A stretch of DNA of 64,000 bases. It comes from Planctomycetota bacterium. Its GTDB lineage: Bacteria; Planctomycetota; JAJSAM01; JAJVHW01. The stretch lies in NCBI GenBank assembly GCA_965248445.1, contig CBDFJG010000003.1, positions 800,001 through 864,000 of the forward strand. Direction: 5' to 3'. The position numbers and the translations under genes were made by a program. The notes beneath the pieces are model-generated. The model was not told the origin of the DNA and ran no database searches. It saw only the letters and a program-made list of their open reading frames with translations. Shown piece by piece: positions 22,237 to 33,027 of this stretch; the first letter of the stretch is position 1; each line of letters opens with the position of its first letter.

Positions 22237-23193
22237 TCAGTCGTCGGCGTCGTTGCCGCCGGTCATCAGGTCGAGCTGCTGTTGCAGGGTCTCGGCGTCG
22301 GGGTGGTGCGCGATGCCGTCCTGGAGGACCGCCTTCGCCTTCTCCACGTTGCCCTTCGCTCGGTACAGCTCGGCGAGTTCGAGGTACGTGCCCGCGTGCT
22401 TCGCGTCCGGCGTGACGCTCTGCTGCATCTCGCGCAGCTTCTCGTAGCGCTCGATCGCCTCCTGGCCCTTCTTGGGGAACATCGGGGGCCACTGGCTCAG
22501 CGAGAACGCGAGCGAGCGCTGCGCGTCCCAGTTCGTGGGATGTCGTTCGATGATGTCGCGGTAGACCTGCTCACCCTTCGCCGCCCAGGCCCCGCGCTCC
22601 GGGCCGAACGGGACACTCAGCAGCTTGGCGGTGTAGGCCTCGGCCAGCCGGAACGCAGACTCCGGGTCGTCGGGGTTCTCCTCGGCGGCCTTCTCGAACT
22701 CCGGGATGAGGTCATCGACCACTTCCGTCTCGCGGGCGAGCCGCCAGAACTCCACCCGATCGTCGTCGTCGCCCTCGCCGCTCACGATCTTGTCGCGCAG
22801 CGCATCGAACTTCGCGCGCAGCTCTTCCTTCGTCGGCGCGCCGATGTTCACGCCTCGGCCACCGCCATCGCCCCTGCGGACGCCCCGGCCCTCGAGAGCC
22901 GCCTTCTCGGCCGCTTCCACGCGCTCGATCAGCTCGCGCACCTTGTCGCGTAGCTGCCGCTCCTCTTCGCGCACGCGACCGATCTGCTTGTTGGCGTGCT
23001 GCACACCGTCCTGCAGACCGCGCACCTGCTCGCCCAAGGAGCCGATGCTCTCGTTGTCCAGGCCGGCCGTGTCCTCGAGGCCGTTGAGCGCATCGGTCGC
23101 GTCGGAGCGCGCCCACATGGAGAAGACGAGCGCGGCCCCCCCGAGCAGCAAGCCCGCGAGTCCGAACACGACCCCGACAGTGCCTTCCTTCAT
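22237..23193 (-). CDS. Membrane-anchored coiled-coil/TPR protein
   Basis: ATG 23193 overlaps the mrp stop (ATGA); N-terminal TM helix, coiled coil, C-terminal TPR-like helices. Confidence 0.75.
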   Translation of the reverse strand: MKEGTVGVVFGLAGLLLGGAALVFSMWARSDATDALNGLEDTAGLDNESIGSLGEQVRGLQDGVQHANKQIGRVREEERQLRDKVRELIERVEAAEKAALEGRGVRRGDGGGRGVNIGAPTKEELRAKFDALRDKIVSGEGDDDDRVEFWRLARETEVVDDLIPEFEKAAEENPDDPESAFRLAEAYTAKLLSVPFGPERGAWAAKGEQVYRDIIERHPTNWDAQRSLAFSLSQWPPMFPKKGQEAIERYEKLREMQQSVTPDAKHAGTYLELAELYRAKGNVEKAKAVLQDGIAHHPDAETLQQQLDLMTGGNDADD

Positions 23194-24251
23194 ACCTCCA
23201 CCTTTCCGAGGCGCCCGACCTGGCTGACCTTGCCCGCTAGGAGACGCGCCGTCTTGCAGAACGCCTCGGCCACCGCGCTGTCCGGATGACTGACGACGAC
23301 CGGTGTGCCGGCGTCGCCGCCCGCTCGCACCGTCGTGTCGATGGGGATCGCCCCCAAGAAGGGCCAACCGTGTTCTTCCGCCGCGGTTCGACCGCCGCCC
23401 TCGTCGAAGATCGCCGTGGCCGTGCTGCAGCAAGGGCAGATGAACGTGCTCATGTTCTCGATCACGCCCAGGATCGGGACGTTGACCCTGTCGAACATGT
23501 TCGCACCCTTTACCACGTCGGCCAGGGCCACTGCCTGCGGGGTCGTGACCATGACCGCGCCGGTGAGGGGGAAGATCTGCGTCAGGGACAGTTGCACGTC
23601 CCCCGTCCCGGGCGGCAGGTCCACGACCAGGTAGTCGAGCTCGCCCCAGTCCACGTCCTCGAAGAACTGTGTCAGCGCCTTGTGCAGCATCGGTCCGCGC
23701 CACACGACCGCCTGGCCCTCCGGAACGAGGTAGCCCATCGAGAGCAGCTTCAGCCCCTGCGCTTCGACGGGATGAATGCGCCCCTCCACTACCTCGGGCT
23801 TGCGTCCGACGGTTCCGGTCATCATCGGGCCGCTCGGTCCGTAGATATCCACGTCCATCAGCCCGACCGAGGCACCGTCCTGCGCCAGCGCGACGGCGAG
23901 GTTCACCGCGACCGTCGACTTGCCGACGCCGCCCTTGCCGGATGCGATCGCGAGCACGTTCTTGATGCCTGGAGCCCGCGCCGCATCCGGACCGCGGGAC
24001 GAAGCGACCTGCGCGCTCCAGTTGATCTCGACGGGCTCGACGATCCCGAGTGGCGCGACGGCGGCTTGCACGTCGGCCGCGATCGTCTCCTTCATCGGGC
24101 AGGCCGGAGTCGTGAGCTCGATGTCGAGGAACAGCTTGGGTCCCCCGAACTCAACTCCCTTGACCATCCCCAGAGAGACGATGTCGCGGTGCAGTTCCGG
24201 GTCCTGCACCTGCTTCAGTGCCTCGAGGATCGATTCCTTGGTCGCGGGCAT
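23190..24251 (-). CDS. mrp: Mrp/NBP35 (ApbC) Fe-S cluster carrier ATPase
   Basis: N-terminal DUF59-like DPEL..CP; GKGGVGKST; DLPPGTGD; ENMS..CPCC. Confidence 0.95.
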   Translation of the reverse strand: MPATKESILEALKQVQDPELHRDIVSLGMVKGVEFGGPKLFLDIELTTPACPMKETIAADVQAAVAPLGIVEPVEINWSAQVASSRGPDAARAPGIKNVLAIASGKGGVGKSTVAVNLAVALAQDGASVGLMDVDIYGPSGPMMTGTVGRKPEVVEGRIHPVEAQGLKLLSMGYLVPEGQAVVWRGPMLHKALTQFFEDVDWGELDYLVVDLPPGTGDVQLSLTQIFPLTGAVMVTTPQAVALADVVKGANMFDRVNVPILGVIENMSTFICPCCSTATAIFDEGGGRTAAEEHGWPFLGAIPIDTTVRAGGDAGTPVVVSHPDSAVAEAFCKTARLLAGKVSQVGRLGKVEV

Positions 24252-24346
24252 GGCGTTACCTCCGGCGGGGAGCATACGCAGCCGCGTGGTTTTCCCTCAC
24301 GAGACAGGGCGCGCCGTCACGAGACAGGACAGAAAAGTCGCAGCAG

Positions 24347-27300
24347 CTAGAGGCCGAGCGACAAGACGAACCAGTCTGCCACGTCGCCCTCGGGCAGCCT
24401 GCCGGCAGCCTTCACCGCCTTCTTGACGGTCTTGGCGATCTTCTTCGAAGAGGCTTCGGTGCGCTGGGCGAAGCGCAGCGCCAGGAGCGCCTTGCCGAGC
24501 TTCTTCCGCGTCTTCGCATCGGACACCGCCGACGGCAGAGCCGCCAGCATCTCGGCGGTGCTGCCCGGCTCCTCCGGCACCACGAACGGATCCGGATCCT
24601 GAGGAATGACGCCCGCCGCGAGGTCGCTGACCAAAGCGGTCATCTTCCATACCAGCGGGCCGTCGCTGATCCCCGCGTCTCGGAACGCCGCCTGCACCTT
24701 GCGCAGACGCTTGACGGCCTTGTTGCGCTTCTTCGTCTTGCCGCTCTGCACGTCCTCCCACGCCTTCAGGATCCCGCGGATCGCCTTCTTCTCGACCTTC
24801 GGTGCGAGATCCGCGTCGCCCAGCGCGTCCGGCAGGACGTCGTCCATCGACGGCGTCACCGCGGTCAGCAGCGCCGTGCGCACGGTCGCGTCATCGTCAT
24901 CGCTGACGGTCACTTCCAGCACGCCGTCGAGGCGTCGATCCGCCGGCCAACTGACGGCCGTTCCGCTACCGGATGCGACGGCCGTCGTGCCGTCCAGCAC
25001 ACGCCAGTCAAGCGTGAGCGCCGCCTGGTCGACAGGCGATGGGTCCGTCGCCGACACATCGAGCGAGAGGACGTGCCCGACGTCCACCGTCAGCGCGCCC
25101 GGGAGCGTGAACTCCGGCGGTGCGTTCAGCACGCCGATGATGCGGCTGGCGAGATCGGATCCTCCGTCGCCGTCGTCAACGGTCAGCGTGGCGAAGTACG
25201 CGCCGTCTTGTTGATACGTGTGCGTGACGTCGATCGCGTCGGAGGACATGCCGTCGCCGAAGTCCCACTCGATCGTGAGCACGTCGTCGCCCGGATCGAA
25301 CGCGGTTCCGTCGAACGAAACGGCATCACCCTCGGTCGCTGTCGCGTCCCCACCAGCGTCCACCGTCGGGGCGACGTTGGCGACGGTCACGACCAGCGTG
25401 TCGGCGGCGGTCTGCTCCGCCGCGTCGGTGACCGTCAACGTGACCGTGTACTGGCCCTCGTCTCCAAAGACGTGGGAAGGCGTGCTCCCGCCCGCGAACT
25501 GCCCGTCTCCGAAGCTCCACACGTGGGTGATCCCGGCGTCGAGATCGCTGCTGCTGGTTCCGTCGAATTGAACCGTGTCGCCCTCGTTCACGGAGCGGTC
25601 CTGCCCCGCCGCGGCGACAGGCGGGGCATCGAGGACGGTTACCTGGGTCGAGTTCGATCCGGTGTTGCCGACGTGATCCGTCACGCGAAGCGTCACGGTG
25701 TGCACGCCCACCGCGAAGTCGACCGACGGTGTGGCTCCGCTCGCGTCGTCGAACCCGCCGTCGTCGTCGGCGTCCCATGCGTACTCGGTCAGCGGCTGCC
25801 CCGACGAGTCACTGCTGCCCGAGCCGTCGAGGTCGACGGACGTGCCGTCGACCGTGGTCTGGGTCGTGACGATCGGAGCGCCGGGCACGGCGAACGGCGC
25901 CGTAGCGTCGACGTCCACGTCGATCTGCAACTCGACGGCGGCGAACGACTCGCCGAACGAACTGCTGGTCGCGTTCACCTTGAGCGTGTCCGTGCGCGTG
26001 TCGCTGACCGGGATCACGTCCCAGGACGCCGTGCGCGCTGCGCCGCCGCCGCTGGTCGGCTCGGTGTCGCCGACGGTCTGCGCCGCCGTCTCACCGGGCG
26101 CGAGAGTCCAGCCGGTGGGCAGCCCCAACACGAGCGACGGTGCGAACGCCGTCAATCCGCCGTCGTTCTCGAGCGACACGGACACGGTCACCTGTCCGCC
26201 ACCCTGTGCGACGGACGGCGTGCTCGCGTCCGCGAGCTGCAGATCCGGGCCTGTGACCGCCGTCAGCGTCCCGGCCGACGCCACGGCGTAGTCGAGCGTC
26301 GTCTGACCCGAGGGGAAACTTCCGGCGCGCTTGACCTTCACGACTCCGGTCGAAAGGGCGGACGTCGCCTTCACCTGTTCAACGTTGTTCACGGTGCTCG
26401 CGCTGCTGCTGTCCTGCGTGCCGTCGCCGCCGTCGTACAGGCGCAGATCAACGTCGATGAGAGACTTGGCCGATCCCGTCAGCGAGGTCCGCGACGACGC
26501 GAATGCGGCGCTGCGGTTCCACACCACGGTCGAGCGGTCTCCCGCGGTCACTCCGGACAGCGTGAAGAAGACGTAGTCGTCACCGCTGCTCGTGAGCGTC
26601 CCGGTCTCGATGTAGTCGCGATCGGTGTAGGCCTGCGCAAGATCCATGGCACCGAAGCCCCACGTCGACCCCGGTGTCGTGGGACCGGTGACGAGTTCCG
26701 CACCGAGTTGATCAGAAGCGCCTTCACGGCCTCCGGCTGCCACGCCGCGTTGTAGTCGAGAAGCAGCGCCATCGCGCCCGCGACGTGCGGCGTCGCCATG
26801 GAGGTGCCGTTCGAGGACCGGAAGTCGTTGGCGGTCTCCCAGATCCAGCTGGCGGACTGGATGCTCACGCCGGGAGCCGAGAGATCGGGCTTCCGGCGGC
26901 CGTCTGACGTGTTGCCGCGGCTGGAGAAGCTCGCGATCGCGTCGTCGCTGCCCGACGTCGTGTTGCGGTCGTTGAACGCGCCCACCGTCACGATGTTGAA
27001 CGCGTCCCCGGGCAGGCCGATGGTCCCGGAGTTCGGGCCGGAGTTGCCGGCCGCGATCGCCACGGACATGCCCGACACCTCGACGGCCGCGTCGAAGTAG
27101 ACGCTGAATCCGGAGTTGCCGTTCGACGTGCCGCCACCGCCGAAGCTCCCGTTGAAGACGGTCGCACCGTTCGTGATGGCCCAGTCAGTGGCCGCCGCAA
27201 TGTCGGGCCCAGTGCCCGATCCCTGGTTGCTGGTCGTCCGATAGAAGCACTTGGCGTTCAGGACACCCGTGCCCGGCGCCACGCCGCCGTATGTCGAGTC

Positions 27301-28221
27301 CTGGCTCGCAACAGTGCCGCAGAGGTGCGTGCCGTGTCCGTGGAGGTCGTCGGTGCTGGACGCGTTGTCGTTGAAGTTGCTCTGCACCGCGGCGATGGCG
27401 AGCTGGACGGTGCTCGCGGTGACGACGTTGCCGCCACCCCCGAGCGAGAACGCCGGATGCGAGGTGTCTATCCCGGTGTCCCCGATCGCCACGCTCTGAC
27501 CGGATCCGTTGTAGCCGGGAGAGGTGAAGCTGCTGGCGCCGATCGCGCCGACCGACTTGTCCATCGAGACCGTGAGAGTCGGTGATGCGTCCACGCGTCC
27601 GATCGTGGGGAACGCCGCGACGAGCGCCGGGAGATCGGCGGGACGCACGCGGGCGAAGACCGAGTTCAACACGTTGGACGAGCCGAGGACGCTTCCGGAC
27701 GGCAACGACTCCACGTAACGGCGGAGCGGGTCCTGGAGCCGCTCGCAGCGCGGCGCCGCCGCCTCGAGAATCTCAGATCGCATCTCGCGCACCAGGCGCA
27801 CCGTCTCGTCGCGCGAACTGCGAAGAACCGCCCGTTCCTCCGGATAGAGCAGCGCGACCTCGCGCTCCATGAGTCCGGCGACGCCGAGTTCGATCCGGTC
27901 TTCGCGCGACGGGAGCAACGTGCGGATGCGCGCCAGGGCGGCGCGGGCGGGCGCCCGTACTTCGTCGATGCGAGCCGTGTAGTCGGCTCGCAACGCCGGT
28001 GCGGCCGCGACGGCGGGCTGCTCCGAGAAGATGATCCAGACGTCCACCGCCTCGGCCGGCGATTCCGTGATGCTCGCCACGAGTTCGGGCGCCAGTCGCT
28101 CATCGAACGGTCCGAGTTCCTCGGCAGTGCCAATGGAAGACGCGGTGGAGGACGCGAGGCAGCACGCTGCGAGAACCGCGGCCAGGAGCGAGATCCGGAT
28201 TGTGCGTCGCGTACGGCGCAT
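24347..28221 (-). pseudogene. S8 subtilase with NEW3-like and PKD domains, split by a 1-nt frameshift near 26681 (pseudogene or sequencing error)
   Basis: ORF 26548-28221 has a signal peptide and the D/H/S triad (DTGID, HGTH, GTSMATP). ORF 24347-26743 continues with the expected WGFG motif and PKD repeats (WSFGDG, WDFGDG). Adding one base joins them into about 1291 aa. Confidence 0.85.
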
Positions 28222-28351
28222 GGCCGACCTCCCCCCTGGTCCTCTCTCGACGCCGCGTTCTCAGCCGCGGGGCGCCGGCGGGGCCCTGGTCAGTCAGGAT
28301 ACCCCGCAATCGGACGCACGGCCACCCACCCAGCCGCGGCGCTGGTTCAGG

Positions 28352-29569
28352 CTAGAGAACCCGAGCCAGGACGATCACGTTGACGTTCTTCGTTTTGCCG
28401 TTCTCCGCGACCACCTTGCCCGTGGCGCGCAGCCGGATGGTCTCTCCGCGCACGGTCGTGAACGCGAGAACCTCGATCGTGACTGCCGCGGGTATTCGCG
28501 TCGTGTCGTAGACCTTGCCCTTGTTCGTCACGACGGAGAACAGCTTGCCGTCCGCTCCGCCGTTCGTGAGGGGATCGGCAACCGTGAACCCCGTGCCGAC
28601 CGAGTCCGGGAACTCGATCGTCATGTCGACCTTGGCTCCGAAGAACCGTTTCGAGACGCCGCCGCGGAAGATCTCGACGCGGCCGTTCTGGATGAAGGCC
28701 GTCGCGAGATCAATCTGGTTCTTCGGCGGCGGAGGCGGCTTCGGCGGCGGCTTGTCGGGAGTCGGGATGACGGGGATCGTCACGGCCACGTCGTCGATGT
28801 CGATGAGCGGCGTGTGCACGTCGGCGACCGCGTGGAACCCATCCTGATCGACGGGCCCCGTCATCTCGACCGACCAGCCCTTGCCCTTGACGCGGAGCGT
28901 GCCCGTGGTGACGCCGCTCGCGTCGGTGCGCATCTTCCCCTTCACCTTGCCCTTGCCGAGGGCATCGCCTCCCCAGATCTGGAGCGTCGCTTCGGACGGG
29001 CGGGCGCGGCCGGCCTCCTGCACCTTGGCCGCCTTGATCCGTCCCCGCTTGTTCTGCGCGAGTCGCATGAACAGCACGAACGTGTCCGGTGCCGACGACG
29101 GAGGCGTGCGCCCCAGCGTGAGCGGGCCGCTGCTCGACTCCGTCCCGCCACCGAAGCCGATCTCGCGCGTGTGCGTCCCGTCGATCCCGAGCCCGTTCTC
29201 GGCGACGACGCCGTCGAACGTGAAGCCGGGGGTCGCGATGGAGACGCGCGTGCGGCCGGTCGCCTCGTCGATGCCCCACGTGCCCGTCGCCGTGTAGATG
29301 AAGTTGCCGACCTGGCCGGCGGTGCCGCCCCCGGAGAGCTTCCCGGGACCGTCGAACGCCAGGAGGAGGTTGGCGTTGAACTCGCCGACGTCGTAGCCGT
29401 AGCGGCCTTCGATCGTCGCGACCCCCACCTCCATGTCGAGCAGGTACTCACCGTCCACGGACCAGTCGGGCACGCGCCTCGCGCCGAGTCCGTCGGCGGC
29501 AGGGAGCACGAGGACACCCGCCACGAGCAGCAGCTGGGCGGCGAGGGCAGGGAGTGGGCGTCGAGGCAT
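28352..29569 (-). CDS. Secreted hypothetical beta-rich protein
   Basis: Signal peptide MPRRPLPALAAQLLLVAG; Gly/Thr-rich beta segments, Lys-rich middle, Pro linker. No family recognised. Confidence 0.7.
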   Translation of the reverse strand: MPRRPLPALAAQLLLVAGVLVLPAADGLGARRVPDWSVDGEYLLDMEVGVATIEGRYGYDVGEFNANLLLAFDGPGKLSGGGTAGQVGNFIYTATGTWGIDEATGRTRVSIATPGFTFDGVVAENGLGIDGTHTREIGFGGGTESSSGPLTLGRTPPSSAPDTFVLFMRLAQNKRGRIKAAKVQEAGRARPSEATLQIWGGDALGKGKVKGKMRTDASGVTTGTLRVKGKGWSVEMTGPVDQDGFHAVADVHTPLIDIDDVAVTIPVIPTPDKPPPKPPPPPKNQIDLATAFIQNGRVEIFRGGVSKRFFGAKVDMTIEFPDSVGTGFTVADPLTNGGADGKLFSVVTNKGKVYDTTRIPAAVTIEVLAFTTVRGETIRLRATGKVVAENGKTKNVNVIVLARVL

Positions 29570-29655
29570 CCACCCGAGTCTACGAGCCGATGCAGCCTGC
29601 GTTACGGAAGCCTCCCGCTCCCGCCTCTGACAGGCTGCTCGGGTAGAGTGCTCGG

Positions 29656-30075
29656 GTGAGCGGCCCACAGGACTCCGAGCCCCCGATCGCCGAAGGCAGC
29701 AGGCGGCGTGCGGAGCGCGCTCTCCGCCGAATCTGGAAGGACATGGTCGGGCAGCTCGTCGACGAGTGCGTCGAGAACGAGCCGAGCCTCTCGGGCCAGG
29801 GCTTCTCGTACGCCTACCAGGCCATCGAGGACCGCTTCGCGCAGCGGATCTTCCTCGCGGGCCAGATGATCGGAGCCGTGCAGAACGCAGCGCCCCGCGC
29901 GCCGCAGCCGCCCCCGGACTTCCGCGTGGTGCGCGTCGAGGGCGCGCTCGACGAGCTCGACGAGCGCATCAATGAGAAGCTCCGCGACCTGCCGGGACAC
30001 GCGGTCCACGGGCTTCAGATCGCCTCGGACGACGACGAGACGTGGCACGCGTTCCTGACCGTCTCGACGGATTGA
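29656..30075 (+). CDS. Hypothetical protein (139 aa)
   Basis: Protein-like composition; stop overlaps the start of the next gene (TTGA). Confidence 0.65.
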   Translation: MSGPQDSEPPIAEGSRRRAERALRRIWKDMVGQLVDECVENEPSLSGQGFSYAYQAIEDRFAQRIFLAGQMIGAVQNAAPRAPQPPPDFRVVRVEGALDELDERINEKLRDLPGHAVHGLQIASDDDETWHAFLTVSTD

Positions 30076-31997
30076 CCGCAGCGCCGCAGCGCAGCGGCCG
30101 CCGGGATCTCGCCGTCCTCGGCGTCGCGTTCGGGGTTCCTCTGCTCGTGCTCTCGGTCGAGCGTGCGCTACTCCATGGAGCGCACGGGCCGGAGACGGAA
30201 CTCGGCCCGCTGCTCGGCGCGTTCGTGCACGGCCTCCGCTTCGACGCCGCGGGCGTCGCCTACCCGTTCGCCATCGCGCTGATCGTAGCCACCGTTGCCG
30301 CGCTCCGCGGCCGCCGGCGCATCGAGCGCGCCGCACTCGCCGCAGTCACGCTCTGGACAGGTGTCGTCGTCAGCTTCGAGCTGCCGTTCTTCGCGGAGTT
30401 CCGCTCGCGCCTCGACGGGACAGCCCTCGAGTATCTGGACGACCTCGGCACCGTGATCGGGACGACCGACTGGCGCATGCGGCTGTCATTCGCCGTTGCG
30501 CTGCTGGCCACCGGACTGGTGACGCGCTTCGCGGCGCGCCGGCTGCGCCGCACGATCGAGAAGACAAGTCTCCCGACACGCGCGCTGTGGGCACGCGGGA
30601 TCGCGGTGATCCTCGTCGCGGTCTTCATCCGCGGCGGCATCGATCGCCCGCTGCGTCCCGCGGACGCGGCCGCCTCCACCCATCACCTGACGCAGCTCAC
30701 GCTCTCCGGACCGTGGACGATCCTGCGCAGCGCGTACGAACGCAGCAAGGACGGCGGCGACCTCGACTACGGCGTGGGCGACGAGGACGCCGCACTCGCG
30801 TTGATCCGTACCGCGCTGTTCCCGGGCAGCCCGTTCGTGCGGGACGACCGCCCCATGCTGCGGCAGGTCGGCATCCCGGGCAAGCAGAGGCGCAGCGCGA
30901 TCGTCGTCGTCCTCGAGTCGTTCGCCGCCCAGCACGTGGGGGCGCTGGGTGCGGCCAAGTCGTGGACGCCCCAGCTCGACGCGCTGATCGCGGAGCGCGG
31001 AGACCTCTACACACGCTGCCTGGCCAACGGACCGACCACCAACCGCGCGCTGCCGGCGCTGCTGGCCGGCATTCCGAGCACCCTGCGGCACGGCGCGCTG
31101 ACCAAGTCGCTCGACGGACAGCGTGAGTTGCTGACCATCGGCCGCGTGCTCGGCGAGCAGGGCTGGCGCACCGCGTTCCTGACCGGCGGTGCGGCGTCCT
31201 GGGAGAACCTCGGCGGCTGGTGCAAGGGCCAGGGATTCGCGGAAGTCGTGGACCGCGACGCGTTCCCCGTGTCGGAGCGGCTGTCGGTGTGGGGCGTGGC
31301 GGACGGTCCCCTCTTCCGCAAGGCGCTCGCGCTCTGCGACGGGAGCGCTGCCGGCGGCACGCCGTTCTGCGTCGTCGTGCTGACCGGCAGCAATCACCCG
31401 CCGTATGCAGTCCCAGAGGCCTACCGACCGGACGTGCGAGTCGCCCGCGAGCGCGCGATGCGGTACGCCGACGACGCTGCCGCGGAGTTCGTCCGCACGG
31501 TACTCGCGCGCAACTGGGCGGCCACGACCGACGTCTACCTCGTCGGAGATCACGGAGTCACCTCCGCGCCTCGCGCGGTGATCGACCCCGAACGGCACCA
31601 CGTCCTGCTGTGGACCACGCGGGGCGGCGACGAGGCCGCCACGACTCACGATGCCGTCGTCTCCCACGTCGACGTGCCGGCGACGCTCCTGCGCATGTGC
31701 GGGTACCAGGGCGAGTTCGCCGGCTGGGGAGCAGGACTCGGCAGCGAGCACGGCGCACCCGCGGTCCTCGGGTCACGGGGCGGCGCGCGCGTGCTGGCGA
31801 CGGTGCGGGGCGACATCTGGCTCGTGGACCACCTGGACGGACCGACCGAGGCCTTCCGGTGGGACGCGCGCAGCGGGCTGGTCACGCCGCTCCTGCGGGC
31901 GGATCCGGTCCCCTCCGTGCGTCGGACAACGCAGCACGGCCGCGCACTCCTGCACCTCGCCGACCGCGCCCTCCGCGAGGGCCGGGCCGGCCGCTGA
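30072..31997 (+). CDS. LTA-synthase/OpgB-like membrane sulfatase-superfamily protein
   Basis: About 5 N-terminal TM helices (HGLRFD motif), VLESF, catalytic-Thr region NGPTTNRAL, NHPPY, GDHG. Confidence 0.88.
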   Translation: MTAAPQRSGRRDLAVLGVAFGVPLLVLSVERALLHGAHGPETELGPLLGAFVHGLRFDAAGVAYPFAIALIVATVAALRGRRRIERAALAAVTLWTGVVVSFELPFFAEFRSRLDGTALEYLDDLGTVIGTTDWRMRLSFAVALLATGLVTRFAARRLRRTIEKTSLPTRALWARGIAVILVAVFIRGGIDRPLRPADAAASTHHLTQLTLSGPWTILRSAYERSKDGGDLDYGVGDEDAALALIRTALFPGSPFVRDDRPMLRQVGIPGKQRRSAIVVVLESFAAQHVGALGAAKSWTPQLDALIAERGDLYTRCLANGPTTNRALPALLAGIPSTLRHGALTKSLDGQRELLTIGRVLGEQGWRTAFLTGGAASWENLGGWCKGQGFAEVVDRDAFPVSERLSVWGVADGPLFRKALALCDGSAAGGTPFCVVVLTGSNHPPYAVPEAYRPDVRVARERAMRYADDAAAEFVRTVLARNWAATTDVYLVGDHGVTSAPRAVIDPERHHVLLWTTRGGDEAATTHDAVVSHVDVPATLLRMCGYQGEFAGWGAGLGSEHGAPAVLGSRGGARVLATVRGDIWLVDHLDGPTEAFRWDARSGLVTPLLRADPVPSVRRTTQHGRALLHLADRALREGRAGR

Positions 31998-32047
31998 CGC
32001 CCCATTGGTCGTCACCCGACGGCCTGACCCAGGTGCGCGCGCCCGGA

Positions 32048-32944
32048 TCAGGTGCCGTCGCCGACGGGCGCCAGTTCGCGGAGCGTTCCGAGGATGGACG
32101 GGACGTCGCGGTGGGTTCGGTCGAACTCGAGCACCTTCACGGTGAGGAGTCCGAACGGCGCTTCCGGGCAGCACTTCTCGAGGACGTGGGACAATCGGTG
32201 GCCCACGGCCCAAGCAGCGCCGGGATGCGTGCGCGGCATCACCAGCGCGATGTGGCTCGGTCCGATGGAGAAGACGGCGTCGGTCGCGCGCACGACCTGC
32301 GGAGCGATGTTCGCCACGCACTCGGCCAAGAGACCCGCCGACGTGCCCTCCCCGCCCGAGCTGAACAGTGAGACGACGCTGAGATGACTCGCGTCCCGGC
32401 CGGCGAGATTCAGCTCGGTCCGTAGGGCTGACTCGAACGCGTTCAGTCCACGCACGCGTACTCGTTCCGCCGGCGGGCGCGCCGAACCGGTACCGAGCGG
32501 CCGCAACTCCTGAGAGCGAAAGTGCTCCTCGATCCGGGCCAGCAACGACCCGACGTCGGGGACGCCGACGTCAACCGGGATCACGTCGATCTTGCACGGT
32601 CCGATCTCCGCGACCGGGCGGTGGTTCGCGCGCTGCTCGAGCCGGTGGCGCACCACGTGGCCGACCTCTGTACCAGTGGCGGGGAGAACCGCGATGTAGC
32701 AGCCGCGCAGGCCGTAGTGGTACACGCCGTCCGAGATCCGCACCGACCTCGCGAAGTGGTCCGACACCTGTCGATCGAGCCGCTGCTGCGCGCCCTCCGC
32801 CTCGCCGTCCCAGACGATGAAGTGCAGCGCGATCACGCAGAGCGGCAGCCCGTGCCGCGCCCCGCGCTCGTACTCGTAGCGCAGCCGCTCGCTCAGCTCA
32901 TCCGGTGAGAGGATCTCCCGCCGGGGTCGTTCCGTGTCCGTCAT
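32048..32944 (-). CDS. Tandem degenerate GGDEF-like domain protein
   Basis: Two repeats of L..E..R..R...LS/CV....VRxxD...G.....V(L/M)P.T; GGDEF signature replaced by YGLRG and IGPSH. Confidence 0.7.
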   Translation of the reverse strand: MTDTERPRREILSPDELSERLRYEYERGARHGLPLCVIALHFIVWDGEAEGAQQRLDRQVSDHFARSVRISDGVYHYGLRGCYIAVLPATGTEVGHVVRHRLEQRANHRPVAEIGPCKIDVIPVDVGVPDVGSLLARIEEHFRSQELRPLGTGSARPPAERVRVRGLNAFESALRTELNLAGRDASHLSVVSLFSSGGEGTSAGLLAECVANIAPQVVRATDAVFSIGPSHIALVMPRTHPGAAWAVGHRLSHVLEKCCPEAPFGLLTVKVLEFDRTHRDVPSILGTLRELAPVGDGT

Positions 32945-33027
32945 CCGTCGCCCGCTCCAGGGGGCCAGCGGTTCGAATATCGACGGTCAGCGGCGTTTCT
33001 GAACCCCCCTGAGCCGCACAGGCTCGC

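Noticed and set aside
26660..26720. Programmed -1 ribosomal frameshift in the S8 gene
   Set aside because: No X-XXY-YYZ slippery site; a single-base deletion is the simpler explanation.
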